This document shows, piece after piece, positions 1 to 9,037 of a stretch of DNA of 64,000 nt (positions are counted from its first letter, which is position 1; each line of letters starts with the position of its first letter). The stretch lies in IMG/VR virus record IMGVR_UViG_3300025015_000009, positions 254,014 through 318,013 of that record. One strand, written 5' to 3'. Source of the stretch: a virus. Its lineage: Duplodnaviria; Heunggongvirae; Uroviricota; Caudoviricetes. Below the pieces are notes generated by a model. It had not been told where the DNA came from. It did not search any database and worked only from the letters and a program-made list of their open reading frames with translations. Position numbers and translations under genes: made by a program.

Positions 1-172
1 GAGACACCCTACTGTTAAGTTGTTGCATTACATCTGTTTGCACACCGGTTTTAATAACACCAAACAGTTCGTTGTCTTTTAGCTCTTTAACTGAGAAGAC
101 ATAATCTAATCCAGTCATGTCCCAGGACACGATAAAGATATTAGTGTCGTCTAATTCAACGCTGGTAGTCAT
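1..172 (-). CDS. hypothetical protein (runs off window)
   Basis: ATG at 172 with GGAG RBS; open frame MTTSVELDDTNIFIVSWDMTG to the window edge. Confidence 0.55.
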   Translation of the reverse strand, partial: MTTSVELDDTNIFIVSWDMTGLDYVFSVKELKDNELFGVIKTGVQTDVMQQLNSRVS

Positions 173-179
173 ATGGCTC

Positions 180-371
180 CTAATGAATTCTAGATTCGAT
201 TATGTTAGTACATGCAACGAGGGTAGGGTCGATTAGTACAACAGACTCAACACAACATTTCGCTCCGCGTTCGACTCTTGTTGCGAACTCAGTGATTGCA
301 TCTTCTAGCGTAGTGGAATTGTCGTCGTAGTCTATACAAACTGACATAGTAATATCAATACCAACTCTCAT
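180..371 (-). CDS. hypothetical protein
   Basis: 63 aa ORF in the minus-strand gene run with an RBS-like GAGG. Confidence 0.5.
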   Translation of the reverse strand: MRVGIDITMSVCIDYDDNSTTLEDAITEFATRVERGAKCCVESVVLIDPTLVACTNIIESRIH

Positions 372-434
372 GGTGTTACCTCTGTGGTGTTATTGTGCAT
401 CAACGATGCGTTTGCGATGTGACGTCTCATGTTA

Positions 435-1382
435 CTATAGAACTGGTAAGAATTTTCGGTATTCGTCTGACACAGAAGAAAGACACACAACACTAGCTAC
501 TACCCCGTACAAGGGGACGATCTTGCCACACATGGCTTCTACCTGTGCGCGGTGCTCTTTGAAGTCTTTGTATATGTTGGGGATAGCCCAATATCGGGTC
601 ATCACAACATGTTTGGAGTGTGCCGCAACGTTTGCCTCGTCTTCTGTCAAATATACGCTAACAGGAGTATCGTTCATGTAACTCTTTAGCCAGGCGTCAT
701 CTTTAGTGTGCCTGACAATCCACACAGGGAATGCAGCGGCATACGCCATCTTCCGACGGCGAATGGTATCAAGTTGTCCGTGAATAAGCCCTAACTCTGT
801 AGTATGTGCGCTCAAACCACCAGACACGTTGCGTAGATTGTCTATAAGGCGCGCCTCTTCTTGTTCTAGGGTTTCATCTGATCGATGATCCCGGTGCGAG
901 ATCGGAATATCCCACACCATGCGTTGGGTTCTGCGATACCAAACCGTGAAGTCCAATGGCATATCCCCGTCACAGTCGCTACCCCATTTCAGTTCTAGCA
1001 TAGCGTTAACCAGCCCGTAAACCTGATCCAGTTGTTCTGGGGAAATATCAGGCCAATCCGCCCTATCATTGTCGGGGGACATCAGGAAGGTTTTCAACCC
1101 CTTCAGATAGGTATCCACTTGGTTTTCGTGGTTAACCAAGTTAAGGTAAGTCGCCCCTTCTGTGGAGAGCTTCCAGTCTTCCAGTACCCCAAAAGCGGCA
1201 TCGGCTTTTCCCTGCACCTCGCGATCAACTGTTTCGGAATACCCCAACTCCCCCGGTTCCGGGTAGTTGTTGACGGTATCTAAAGCCTTGGTGTACGCTG
1301 CAACCAGCGCCGCATGTTTTTCCTGTGAGGGGTTGCGCGCCAGTCCGTGTGTCGGGGTGTTGTTTGTAGTGGTATCTGTCAT
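435..1382 (-). CDS. hypothetical protein
   Basis: 315 aa ORF, AAGGA RBS upstream, no recognised motif. Confidence 0.7.
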   Translation of the reverse strand: MTDTTTNNTPTHGLARNPSQEKHAALVAAYTKALDTVNNYPEPGELGYSETVDREVQGKADAAFGVLEDWKLSTEGATYLNLVNHENQVDTYLKGLKTFLMSPDNDRADWPDISPEQLDQVYGLVNAMLELKWGSDCDGDMPLDFTVWYRRTQRMVWDIPISHRDHRSDETLEQEEARLIDNLRNVSGGLSAHTTELGLIHGQLDTIRRRKMAYAAAFPVWIVRHTKDDAWLKSYMNDTPVSVYLTEDEANVAAHSKHVVMTRYWAIPNIYKDFKEHRAQVEAMCGKIVPLYGVVASVVCLSSVSDEYRKFLPVL

Positions 1383-1484
1383 GTTTATATCCTTAGTTGC
1401 GGTGTGGGTTATACTTCGGTGATTAGCTTGACTTCCGGCTTACGGTCAGTGCGTGTTTTGCACAGGTAGTGGTAGCTTACATAA

Positions 1485-1634
1485 TCAAAAGTCAGTTTGT
1501 CGGGAAAAATACATAATAGCCCCGTCGATAACCAAGCCTGTTACGCCGTGTGGTACGCTCAATTCCTGCACTTTCAAGCAATCCTCCTCGGATTTCCACA
1601 CTAAGCATTTTTGGTACATTATAGAGGTAGTCAT
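1485..1634 (-). CDS. small hypothetical protein (49 aa, not in ORF track)
   Basis: AAGGAG RBS and sigma70-like promoter upstream; MTTSIMYQKCLVWKSEED...YFSRQTDF. Confidence 0.5.
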   Translation of the reverse strand: MTTSIMYQKCLVWKSEEDCLKVQELSVPHGVTGLVIDGAIMYFSRQTDF

Positions 1635-1658
1635 GTTTGCTCCTTATTTGAAGAAGTC

Positions 1659-1686
1659 ATTATACACGTTCCCGTGTATTTGTCAA
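1659..1686 (-). promoter_or_regulatory. sigma70-like promoter
   Basis: TTGACA-N16-TATAAT on minus strand; inverted repeat ATACACG..CGTGTAT spans the spacer. Confidence 0.65.
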
Positions 1687-1740
1687 GTAATTGCAACGGC
1701 TACTGCGAGATATTTAAGTTGTTTTTTTCATGAGTAACCC

Positions 1741-1953
1741 TTAGTGATTACACTTGTCCATGCCGTAGCTGGTAAGAATGTCGGAAACGACTTTTCCAGA
1801 ACACATCCGCACGGTCAAACCAGCCGCTTTCCATGCAGCCACAGTAGGAGCAGAGTAATCTAGCGAATCTGGGTCAGCAGGAACAATTCCGCAAATCTTG
1901 TCGCTCAGACCTTTAACAGCACAGTAATACTGACAGTTATCTGGGAACATCAT
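1741..1953 (-). CDS. hypothetical protein
   Basis: 70 aa ORF, ATGA overlap with the upstream gene. Confidence 0.55.
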   Translation of the reverse strand: MMFPDNCQYYCAVKGLSDKICGIVPADPDSLDYSAPTVAAWKAAGLTVRMCSGKVVSDILTSYGMDKCNH

Positions 1954-2567
1954 GACTTTACTCCAGTATATAAATTGATTGTCTGTTGCGCGGCACGGAG
2001 ATAAAAACCACCAAGACTTCCATGACCAGCTTTGTCAGCATTGTCCAATTCAATCAACAGCGCGCACAGTACCCGCAACACTTTTTCTTCCGACATGCCT
2101 TTTATCCGAGCAAACTTTCTCTCCCCTTGGATAGACACCCCACCGCGTCCAAGGTCTGTGTCATCGAGTACCACCGGCACAACGGCAACCTTTGACATGG
2201 TAAGCTGTGCGAACAAGATAGCCTTGCGGACAGCTTCTTCGTCACGCTGCTCCATCGCCGTACAAGCTTCATTGAGATATTTGTGCAAATCTACTAAAAC
2301 GGCGTTCATTATTTTCCCTTGTTTAAGACGGCGATGCCATTCACGCTTCAATTCCACAGCGTACCAGCAGCCGTCTGGAAGAGCTTCGATATGTTTCGCA
2401 TATTGCTCGTGCGACATATCTATAAATTTACCATCCTTGATAAAAACGCTATCAAGAGTATCCCCGATAATTTTCACTTGCGCTTCAAAAATCTTCTGTG
2501 CCTTACGCACTTTAGCTATTGACTTGGAAAAACCAGCGGCAAACTTTTCGGTGTTATTAGCAGGCAT
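1950..2567 (-). CDS. hypothetical protein
   Basis: 205 aa ORF with AGGAGG RBS. Confidence 0.7.
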   Translation of the reverse strand: MPANNTEKFAAGFSKSIAKVRKAQKIFEAQVKIIGDTLDSVFIKDGKFIDMSHEQYAKHIEALPDGCWYAVELKREWHRRLKQGKIMNAVLVDLHKYLNEACTAMEQRDEEAVRKAILFAQLTMSKVAVVPVVLDDTDLGRGGVSIQGERKFARIKGMSEEKVLRVLCALLIELDNADKAGHGSLGGFYLRAAQQTINLYTGVKS

Positions 2568-2600
2568 TCTACGCCCTCCTAGGTGTGTTTACGATACGGA

Positions 2601-2783
2601 TCATTTTACCTGTTTCTGTGTATCTGTCGCTAGGTTTGGGCGGCAACGCCTATAGTCTCCGGTCTTAGGGTTATAGTCAATGACCTCAAGCCACAACCAA
2701 TACCCATAAACGTCTCTCACTGGGAAAAACGCAAATACCCGTCTTGCCGCCTGCATGTTTTTATATCCTCTTCCAAATTTCAT
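2601..2783 (-). CDS. small protein of the 'FAFxP...W' family
   Basis: RRVFAFFPVRDVYGYWLW resembles the ORFs at 16821 and 17075. Confidence 0.55.
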   Translation of the reverse strand: MKFGRGYKNMQAARRVFAFFPVRDVYGYWLWLEVIDYNPKTGDYRRCRPNLATDTQKQVK

Positions 2784-2851
2784 TGCCTACTCCATTCTTG
2801 AAATTGAATCTATTGTGTCGGTTTGTATATTCGGTTATTCTTAGATCCACG

Positions 2852-3070
2852 TTAGGTGTCGTCACTCACCCACTCTACGTCGTAGTTACCAATCTTGTCA
2901 ACAAGAGGTCGGATCGACGGGTAGTAGGTTTCACCATTGAATACAAAAAACACCCCGCCGGAGTTCATCACCAGCATGTCTTTACCGGTTGGCTTGTACC
3001 GTGTGCCGGCCTTCTCTTTGTCCGGGTTGTCTTTGCTGTAGTAAATCTTGAATTTCTTTCTCACACGCAT
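2852..3070 (-). CDS. hypothetical protein
   Basis: 72 aa ORF with AGGAG RBS. Confidence 0.6.
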   Translation of the reverse strand: MRVRKKFKIYYSKDNPDKEKAGTRYKPTGKDMLVMNSGGVFFVFNGETYYPSIRPLVDKIGNYDVEWVSDDT

Positions 3071-3126
3071 CTCCTATGCCCGCCACTTGCGTCAACGCGG
3101 ACGCTCCGCCACACGTTATGCGGTGG

Positions 3127-3255
3127 TTATTTCTTGCCAGCAACAATATAGACCAATACAACTACTGCTATCAGCATCAAACCTAAAAGCACCAATACGC
3201 CAACAGTAGATAAATGACAAAGCCAGTTAGCTGAACATGCAACAGACCAATTCAT
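3127..3255 (-). CDS. small membrane protein
   Basis: Probable start MNWSV after AAGGA, downstream of the promoter at 3290-3317; one long hydrophobic segment. Confidence 0.45.
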   Translation of the reverse strand: MNWSVACSANWLCHLSTVGVLVLLGLMLIAVVVLVYIVAGKK

Positions 3256-3289
3256 ATCATCGTCCTTAATTCGTGTACTCAATGTAAAC

Positions 3290-3317
3290 ATTATACACTC
3301 TTTAACCAAAAAGTCAA
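3290..3317 (-). promoter_or_regulatory. sigma70-like promoter
   Basis: TTGACT-N16-TATAAT. Confidence 0.55.
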
Positions 3318-3346
3318 CCAAGAAGATTAACTGTAACTCGTTGTTT

Positions 3347-3733
3347 CTATGTGATCTTACGTATGTCGATATCAATCATACTGTTAATATGGTACTTGTT
3401 TATCCAGCGGGAGATTACAGTGTCGCTAAGCGATATCATGTGCTGTAGTTGCTCTGCACTGTCCGCTTCGATACCGAACGCTAACTCTCCGTATTCCTGC
3501 GTTTCCTTTAACCTGCCGCAGTTAGTCTTAGCAAACTCTTGGTCCAGCATGTTCCATAGGTGCTGTGCATAGGTGGTGTGTTTCTGCCCTATACGCTGTG
3601 ACGACGCCTCTAATATGTGTTGCGGCCTGTTACGTTCATTGGCCTCGTCAAGCACAAACTCTAACTTATGTTGGTGCTTGGTTACCACGTAGCACCAACA
3701 TTGCCAGGTGCTTACCTCAATGTTTACGCTCAT
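3347..3733 (-). CDS. hypothetical protein
   Basis: 128 aa ORF. Confidence 0.65.
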   Translation of the reverse strand: MSVNIEVSTWQCWCYVVTKHQHKLEFVLDEANERNRPQHILEASSQRIGQKHTTYAQHLWNMLDQEFAKTNCGRLKETQEYGELAFGIEADSAEQLQHMISLSDTVISRWINKYHINSMIDIDIRKIT

Positions 3734-3769
3734 TCTAGTGTGCCGTCGATGTGATATCTAACTTTCATG

Positions 3770-3976
3770 TTAACTCCATTTGAGTGCAAACAACGTTGCA
3801 TCTTCTTCTGTTTTAAACTTGAAGCAGACTTCGTGGTGCAGCATAAATTCACACGTCCACCGCAATGCTCCGAATGTAGTGTCGCACCACTGTTCCCTCT
3901 GACACCTAGTCTGATAGAACTCAAGGTTTTCTATCAATGTTACATAAAACGGGTATATAAATTCTAATCTTAGCAT
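3770..3976 (-). CDS. 'DAxLFxLKW' small paralog family member
   Basis: YPFYV..WC..FG..RW..FKFKTEEDATLFALKWS. Confidence 0.75.
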   Translation of the reverse strand: MLRLEFIYPFYVTLIENLEFYQTRCQREQWCDTTFGALRWTCEFMLHHEVCFKFKTEEDATLFALKWS

Positions 3977-4013
3977 TATGTGCTATAGTCTTTAATCAAA
4001 AAGTTACCCGTTA

Positions 4014-4484
4014 CTAAAAAGGAATATCATCGTCGAACTCGTCGACGAACTCTTTGTTTGTTCTGCTCTTAGAGGATGGTTTGTTATCCAATTTGGTTCT
4101 AAATGCATCCCATCCGATGGCCACGGCAGCGGCAAACATAGAGATTCGTCTGAGCTGGTTATCAAATATAATTCTGGTTGTTGTTAGAGTGCGGTCAAAC
4201 CACCCTTCTTGTGCCAGATACTCATCCATGTACTGGATTGCATCGTTGTAGTTTTCGCGATACTCACTTGGTATGCAACCAATGAATACCAGTGCCATTG
4301 GAGTTGTGTGTATAGTTGTTGGCGACATTACTTCCCCAACACCGTTGTTGTACAGATTTAGGTTCCAGTGCCCGTTAATAACCCATAGCTTGATGTGAGT
4401 CGGGTGTACACTGGTTACTTCACAGTATAAACTGACGTGCCTAGATCCGGTGCCGGCAACTCCTACTAAGTCTCCTACTTTCAT
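4014..4484 (-). CDS. hypothetical protein with SSB-like acidic C-terminal tail
   Basis: Ends EFVDEFDDDIPF; N-terminus MKVGDLV is SH3/KOW-like rather than SSB-like. Confidence 0.7.
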   Translation of the reverse strand: MKVGDLVGVAGTGSRHVSLYCEVTSVHPTHIKLWVINGHWNLNLYNNGVGEVMSPTTIHTTPMALVFIGCIPSEYRENYNDAIQYMDEYLAQEGWFDRTLTTTRIIFDNQLRRISMFAAAVAIGWDAFRTKLDNKPSSKSRTNKEFVDEFDDDIPF

Positions 4485-4515
4485 CTATTCTTCTCCTTGT
4501 GTTACGTTTTAGACA

Positions 4516-4848
4516 TCACGCCGTTTGCTCGTTTAGCATTCCTGCAATCTGTACAGCAGCTTTCCAGCCGTCGTCGGTTGGCTCAAACCTAGCAAACGGT
4601 GACGTCGCCTCAGTGGAAAAGTGCGGATCTAACGTAGTGAGTGATTTGAGCCACTTCAATGACATGTCTCTGAAGACAAGGATTTTTTTACCTTCAAAGT
4701 TAGTGCAATTGGGATAAACAACTATTGCAACAATGCAGTTTCCGACTGCTATCGTTTCTTCGATATAAAATTTACTCGGGTCTGGATTTGGGGCCGCTAT
4801 GTCAAATGGTGCTGTGCGGCAGTTTCTTCTAAACATGTTGATTCCCAT
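4516..4848 (-). CDS. phage hypothetical protein
   Basis: 110 aa ORF with RBS; NPDP..YPNCTNFEG..LDPHF..PFARF. Confidence 0.7.
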   Translation of the reverse strand: MGINMFRRNCRTAPFDIAAPNPDPSKFYIEETIAVGNCIVAIVVYPNCTNFEGKKILVFRDMSLKWLKSLTTLDPHFSTEATSPFARFEPTDDGWKAAVQIAGMLNEQTA

Positions 4849-4862
4849 GTTCTTCTCCGGTG

Positions 4863-5096
4863 TTAATTCGTTGCTAGTTCTTCGAGTGCAGTTCGAAGTG
4901 AAGTCATTTCGGACATGAGCTCTGCAATCTCAGTCGATATGTCGTCCGGCATGTCTTCCGGTAGAACACCCGAATAATCTGATTTTATGTTTCGAATCAA
5001 ATATGCAATTTGTTGTTTGCGCTTTACCATTTCTTTCTTAGTCATTTCGTTGCCTCGTTTAGTTGCTGTCTTAGAATCGAATATTTGGATCGCCAA
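4863..5096 (-). CDS. hypothetical protein (start uncertain)
   Basis: Short helical ORF; likely start MTKKE at 5045 after GAGG. Confidence 0.5.
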   Translation of the reverse strand: MAIQIFDSKTATKRGNEMTKKEMVKRKQQIAYLIRNIKSDYSGVLPEDMPDDISTEIAELMSEMTSLRTALEELATN

Positions 5097-6024
5097 CCTG
5101 AAACACTTTTAACCCCATCTCACGCCAGTTATCACATACAACTGGCCTATCGTCGATAATAAATTGCACATTATACTCATCTGCAATATCTCGCCAAAAG
5201 ATCTCTTCTTTAACGACAGTGTCTTTACGCATGTCGTTTGGAGCCCGCATGATTAACTTGTTAAAGCTAATGTTGTTATCAAGAAGCCACTGCCTTGTTT
5301 CTGGTTCACATACCCCGTCTCGCCCAGACAATACAATAACGTCAACCATGTCGTAAACGGCATTGATCAAAAACCTGACCTGGTGGTCAACGTCGTCTAG
5401 CCCCACTTTGTCCCAATCGAATGCCCCACGTTTACCGTTCATGTGAGCCAGGGTGCCGTCTATGTCAACCAGGATACAAGCAGGTTGTGTTTTGTCTGCA
5501 ACGTAAGTTTTTCGCCCAATATATGCCAACCAATCGTTATATTGCTTCGCAATTACAGAGTGGCCAACGCCATTCGCGCGCGCCGCATCTCGTGCCCATG
5601 CCTCTTCAAGCGAAATAGGAAACGTCTTAATCGTGACGGTGTACCCGTGCTTAGTTAGCAGTTCTGTTAATGTTGCTCGAGTTTTTGGATTTAGATTAGT
5701 GTCGGATACAACGATGTTGCGTTTATTTTTAGCATGGTCGGAGATAGCAGCGTGAATGATAGCAGTGACTTCGCCTTCACGCTTCCATTTCCAGTTTGCC
5801 CAGGTAAATTCCTTCCCGGTTGCTTCGACTAGTTTCTTTCGCACTCTGTCGCGATTTACTTCAACATATCGGCTAACGTACTGAATAGCTCCGTCTTCGT
5901 TGAACCCGAGACTGACCCATCCGCTATCTTCTACTAACTTCTCGGCAAAGGTAGATTTTCCTGACGCAGAGATACCAACTGTTAGTATTGCTTCGAGTTT
6001 ATTATCCATGACTATTAGCTCCAT
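5071..6024 (-). CDS. pseT: polynucleotide 5'-kinase/3'-phosphatase (T4 PseT-like)
   Basis: P-loop GISASGKST, NRDxxR, DTNLN; C-terminal HAD motif DIDGTL, SGR, RKD..VK, IDDR. Confidence 0.92.
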   Translation of the reverse strand: MELIVMDNKLEAILTVGISASGKSTFAEKLVEDSGWVSLGFNEDGAIQYVSRYVEVNRDRVRKKLVEATGKEFTWANWKWKREGEVTAIIHAAISDHAKNKRNIVVSDTNLNPKTRATLTELLTKHGYTVTIKTFPISLEEAWARDAARANGVGHSVIAKQYNDWLAYIGRKTYVADKTQPACILVDIDGTLAHMNGKRGAFDWDKVGLDDVDHQVRFLINAVYDMVDVIVLSGRDGVCEPETRQWLLDNNISFNKLIMRAPNDMRKDTVVKEEIFWRDIADEYNVQFIIDDRPVVCDNWREMGLKVFQVGDPNIRF

Positions 6025-6221
6025 TTTAGTGCAAATAAAATTGCATCGTTTTCGTCCTTAAAACGGAAAGTAACCGTTTTCTCGTGTGCCTTACCAGGGT
6101 CGATGAACCAGGCATCTGTTCCCAGTACTTCTCTGCACCATATTATTCTTGGTGATCCAGACCTTATTGCTGTTACCTCGACACCAAATGGCCAGTCTGG
6201 AAACAAGTGGTTCACGCCCAT
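6015..6221 (-). CDS. 'DAxLFxLKW' small paralog family member
   Basis: WPFGV..WC..W..FRFKDENDAILFALKWS. Confidence 0.8.
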   Translation of the reverse strand: MGVNHLFPDWPFGVEVTAIRSGSPRIIWCREVLGTDAWFIDPGKAHEKTVTFRFKDENDAILFALKWS

Positions 6222-6457
6222 TTTAGTGCAAACAGTGTTGCGTCTTCTGCTTTGTTGAACTCGTATAGACTAGAATTAAATCTATATTCGCGCCGCCACT
6301 CAGTTTGTCCTATCGTGTTGTCGCACCATTGCCGTATTATGGTCTGATCATGTATAAACCCGCTGTGACCTCTGTGACCGCTGGGTAATGATACAGTAAA
6401 TGGGTATGCAAACGAAGCAGGTGTTTTACTCTCACTGTTCATGTTTATTAGCTCCAT
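6212..6457 (-). CDS. 'DAxLFxLKW' small paralog family member
   Basis: YPFTV..WC..W..YEFNKAEDATLFALKWA. Confidence 0.8.
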   Translation of the reverse strand: MELINMNSESKTPASFAYPFTVSLPSGHRGHSGFIHDQTIIRQWCDNTIGQTEWRREYRFNSSLYEFNKAEDATLFALKWA

Positions 6458-6657
6458 TTTAGTGCAAACAAGATTGCATCGTTCTTGCTCTGAAATCGAA
6501 AGATAGTTCCAGGGTGATCTCGGCCAGCGACTGTCCAGGTACCGTGTTTGTAGAAATCAACGCACCACTCGTATCTTGCTCTGCTCATTGAAAACGGCGC
6601 AAGCGGGCATATAACAGTGAACGGAAACCGCTCTTGTATTGTTAGAGTTAGAGCCAT
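6448..6657 (-). CDS. 'DAxLFxLKW' small paralog family member
   Basis: FPFTV..WC..WTV..FRFQSKNDAILFALKWS. Confidence 0.8.
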   Translation of the reverse strand: MALTLTIQERFPFTVICPLAPFSMSRARYEWCVDFYKHGTWTVAGRDHPGTIFRFQSKNDAILFALKWS

Positions 6658-6836
6658 TGTAGTGCGAACAGCATTGCGTCTTCTTCATTAGTAAATCCAA
6701 ATGTATATTTGAATCCAGGTATACTCTTTGCGTATAAAATTGTCCAGGTGTTCTGTGTAAAAACAGTGTTACACCAGACATATTTTCTGTTAGAATTTGC
6801 AGCGGAAACAGTAACACAGAAAGAGAATTGGCTCAT
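6648..6836 (-). CDS. 'DAxLFxLKW' small paralog family member
   Basis: FSFCV..WC..WTI..FGFTNEEDAMLFALQWL. Confidence 0.8.
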   Translation of the reverse strand: MSQFSFCVTVSAANSNRKYVWCNTVFTQNTWTILYAKSIPGFKYTFGFTNEEDAMLFALQWL

Positions 6837-6838
6837 TG

Positions 6839-7126
6839 CTATGCAGTGTATGTTTTAATCGAATCCCAGCGGAAACTTCGCCATGCGTTCGCATCAACAT
6901 CAAATACAGGACAAACGTCGGCACAGCGACTCTTCTCTTTCTTGTTTGCGTCCTCTACTAACACAGGAGGCAAAATGTTTGGAGATAGTGTGCATCGCAT
7001 TGTGCGCAGTGACCCATCTTTCTTAGTAAACGAAACAGTAACTATCCCGGCTGCTAACATATTATGTAGTTCTTCTTGCGTGGCAGTGTTATTGACGAAC
7101 ATAGTATCCTCTAACTTAAAATGCAT
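6839..7126 (-). CDS. SH3/WYL-like fold protein (DUF2693-like)
   Basis: VTVSFTKKDGSLRTMRCTL...VFDVDANAWRSFRWDSI. Confidence 0.7.
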   Translation of the reverse strand: MHFKLEDTMFVNNTATQEELHNMLAAGIVTVSFTKKDGSLRTMRCTLSPNILPPVLVEDANKKEKSRCADVCPVFDVDANAWRSFRWDSIKTYTA

Positions 7127-7153
7127 TATACTACCTTATTGGCATAAAGTCAA
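7125..7153 (-). promoter_or_regulatory. sigma70-like promoter upstream of the paralog array and pseT
   Basis: TTGACT-N17-TATAAT. Confidence 0.65.
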
Positions 7154-7169
7154 CCAAATAATGCACGGA

Positions 7170-7511
7170 TTATGCTTGATTTTCTAAGAATTGTAGGAGA
7201 TTATTGTTAGAAAGGGTCAACATTACACTGTCTTGCGCCCCGAATAGCAGTATCTCTGTTTTGTCCACAATAAAGAAGGGTGAGTGGAGGTACTTGCTTA
7301 GAAGTAGTATTGTTTTACAGTTTGTTGGAAGGTCGGGGAATACTTTGTGTCGGTAAAACTGGACTTCCAATTCTATTGACAAGAATATAAACCCGGCGTC
7401 AGATAGTTGGAGGCTGGTTGTGCTGTACGGTGCTGCCCATAACTCTAAGTATGGAGTATCGGTATTTTTTGCTAACAGGCAATCTGTTAGTTCTTTCTTG
7501 CTGATTTGCAT
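7170..7511 (-). CDS. hypothetical protein
   Basis: 113 aa ORF abutting its neighbour. Confidence 0.65.
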   Translation of the reverse strand: MQISKKELTDCLLAKNTDTPYLELWAAPYSTTSLQLSDAGFIFLSIELEVQFYRHKVFPDLPTNCKTILLLSKYLHSPFFIVDKTEILLFGAQDSVMLTLSNNNLLQFLENQA

Positions 7512-7799
7512 TTACGGATAAACATGTTCACCAGCGTTAATTAATACAACCGTGAACCCGTTTGTTTGGAACAACGTGTTTAGTTTCTTGCATAAGTTAA
7601 TAGCATGTCCGGGATTCGGAAACGCAGTTTTCTTGTACTTAGGCCCAGGGTAATTAACCAGTATGTTGTGCGTCTTTAGATTAACCGGGCTGTTATTATA
7701 ATACACTGCCCATATCCCCTCTGCGCTGAGGACTTGTTCAGTAATATACGTTTTGTTGTTAACTGACTCTAAGATTACTGTAGGTTTTGGTCTGCACAT
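7512..7799 (-). CDS. hypothetical protein
   Basis: 95 aa; PGPKYKKTAFPNPGHAINL; TAAATA upstream. Confidence 0.7.
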   Translation of the reverse strand: MCRPKPTVILESVNNKTYITEQVLSAEGIWAVYYNNSPVNLKTHNILVNYPGPKYKKTAFPNPGHAINLCKKLNTLFQTNGFTVVLINAGEHVYP

Positions 7800-7806
7800 A
7801 TAGTAT

Positions 7807-8325
7807 TTACTCTAATACTGGGCCGCCGCTGTCATTTGCCAGTCTAAGTTGCTCTTTCATCTCCAGTTTGTCTTTAAACGGGCCGCGATATTCGTACCGC
7901 GTAAGCGTAATTAGTTTCGGGCAAAAGCTAGACACAAAGCCAGTCTCGAACTTAATAATATAGTACCCAGCGCAATAGTAACTCTTACTATCCTCTGTCT
8001 TCGTGAACACAGGGAGTTTTTTTGCGACATTAAGTAGTTGATTAAAAGGTTCGAACTGGGACGGATATCCGTACACAGAAAATTCGATATCAGGAACAGG
8101 TTGTTTCTTTACCTTGTTGTCAAATACGATGTTGTACTTATTTTTAAGTCCGGTTATGTCAATAAATTGTTCTCGAACACAATCTTTATTAACGAGAACA
8201 ACGTTCCCATTTTCACCCATTTGGATCGTAGCTACTTTCTCTCCGTCTTTTTCTACTATCCAGAATTTATTCTGGACAACCGGTTTTGCAGTAAGCATCA
8301 TGCTGTTTCCTTTTTTGTTGTACAC
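7807..8325 (-). CDS. hypothetical protein
   Basis: Likely start MMLTAKPV; KSYYCAGYY, FCPKLITL. Confidence 0.7.
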   Translation of the reverse strand: MYNKKGNSMMLTAKPVVQNKFWIVEKDGEKVATIQMGENGNVVLVNKDCVREQFIDITGLKNKYNIVFDNKVKKQPVPDIEFSVYGYPSQFEPFNQLLNVAKKLPVFTKTEDSKSYYCAGYYIIKFETGFVSSFCPKLITLTRYEYRGPFKDKLEMKEQLRLANDSGGPVLE

Positions 8326-8627
8326 AGAATCTTAAGTGTATTGTATTGATCTCTTAACTCACGCAACCCAGGATGCCGGTCACACAAGGTTGCTTCTTCC
8401 TGTTCGCGCGTCATCTTGTCTTTAGCCCATTTAATCACACCCTGGAGTTCTGGTGTAAGCGACACTGTTGTTGTCGGGGTAGCAATCTCGCGCCAGGTGT
8501 CGTTATCCATAACTTCGAGCCTATTATACCTACCGTGATATCTAACCGATCCAGTAACAGCCGGCGAAATTCCACCAAATTGGCTAACTACTAACATGTC
8601 ATCTGATGATATAATTGTGTGATTCAT
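8298..8627 (-). CDS. hypothetical protein
   Basis: 109 aa, ATGA overlap. Confidence 0.6.
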   Translation of the reverse strand: MNHTIISSDDMLVVSQFGGISPAVTGSVRYHGRYNRLEVMDNDTWREIATPTTTVSLTPELQGVIKWAKDKMTREQEEATLCDRHPGLRELRDQYNTLKILCTTKKETA

Positions 8628-9037
8628 GTACTTTCCTTAATCTCACATAATACGTTTCTTTTATCAAACCAAGATAGAACTACGTTCTTTGGAATAGGGG
8701 AACCGGTGTTACAATTAACTTTCTTTGATATGTATGCGTAGTACGACGCTGCGGTGATTGTATGTATGTTAAATAATCCGTCGAATACCCCACTCCACCT
8801 GGCTCTCTTAACTTCGTCGAATGCAGCTTGTTTCATAGTTATGCTGGGAAACACATCAAAATATGTAGTAGCTGCTATCAACATTGCAACTCGATGTGTA
8901 GTGATGATTCCGTTCCACCAGACCAAGTATGTGTCAGATGTTCGGTGATAGTACATATGTGGTGTCGGTGACAATATGCTCCACGCCTTGCCCTCTAATA
9001 GAGTAACGTGTTTATATATTACTGTATTCTGCGTCAT
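8624..9037 (-). CDS. hypothetical protein
   Basis: 137 aa ORF in the run. Confidence 0.55.
   Translation of the reverse strand: MTQNTVIYKHVTLLEGKAWSILSPTPHMYYHRTSDTYLVWWNGIITTHRVAMLIAATTYFDVFPSITMKQAAFDEVKRARWSGVFDGLFNIHTITAASYYAYISKKVNCNTGSPIPKNVVLSWFDKRNVLCEIKEST

Noticed and set aside
1446-1634. 49 aa ORF as another 'DAxLFxLKW' member via read-through (YFSRQTDF*LCKL)
   Set aside because: The resemblance covers only a few residues and lacks the PFxV, WC and terminal W features.
2830-3130. Integron attC-like sites (ACCTAAC, GCATAAC) around the 72 aa ORF
   Set aside because: No matching GTTRRRY half-site or long imperfect palindrome could be completed, and no integrase is in the window.
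6015-6836. CRISPR-like array from the recurring TTTGCACTAAAATGG
   Set aside because: Units are about 200 nt, imperfect and protein-coding; no cas genes are present.
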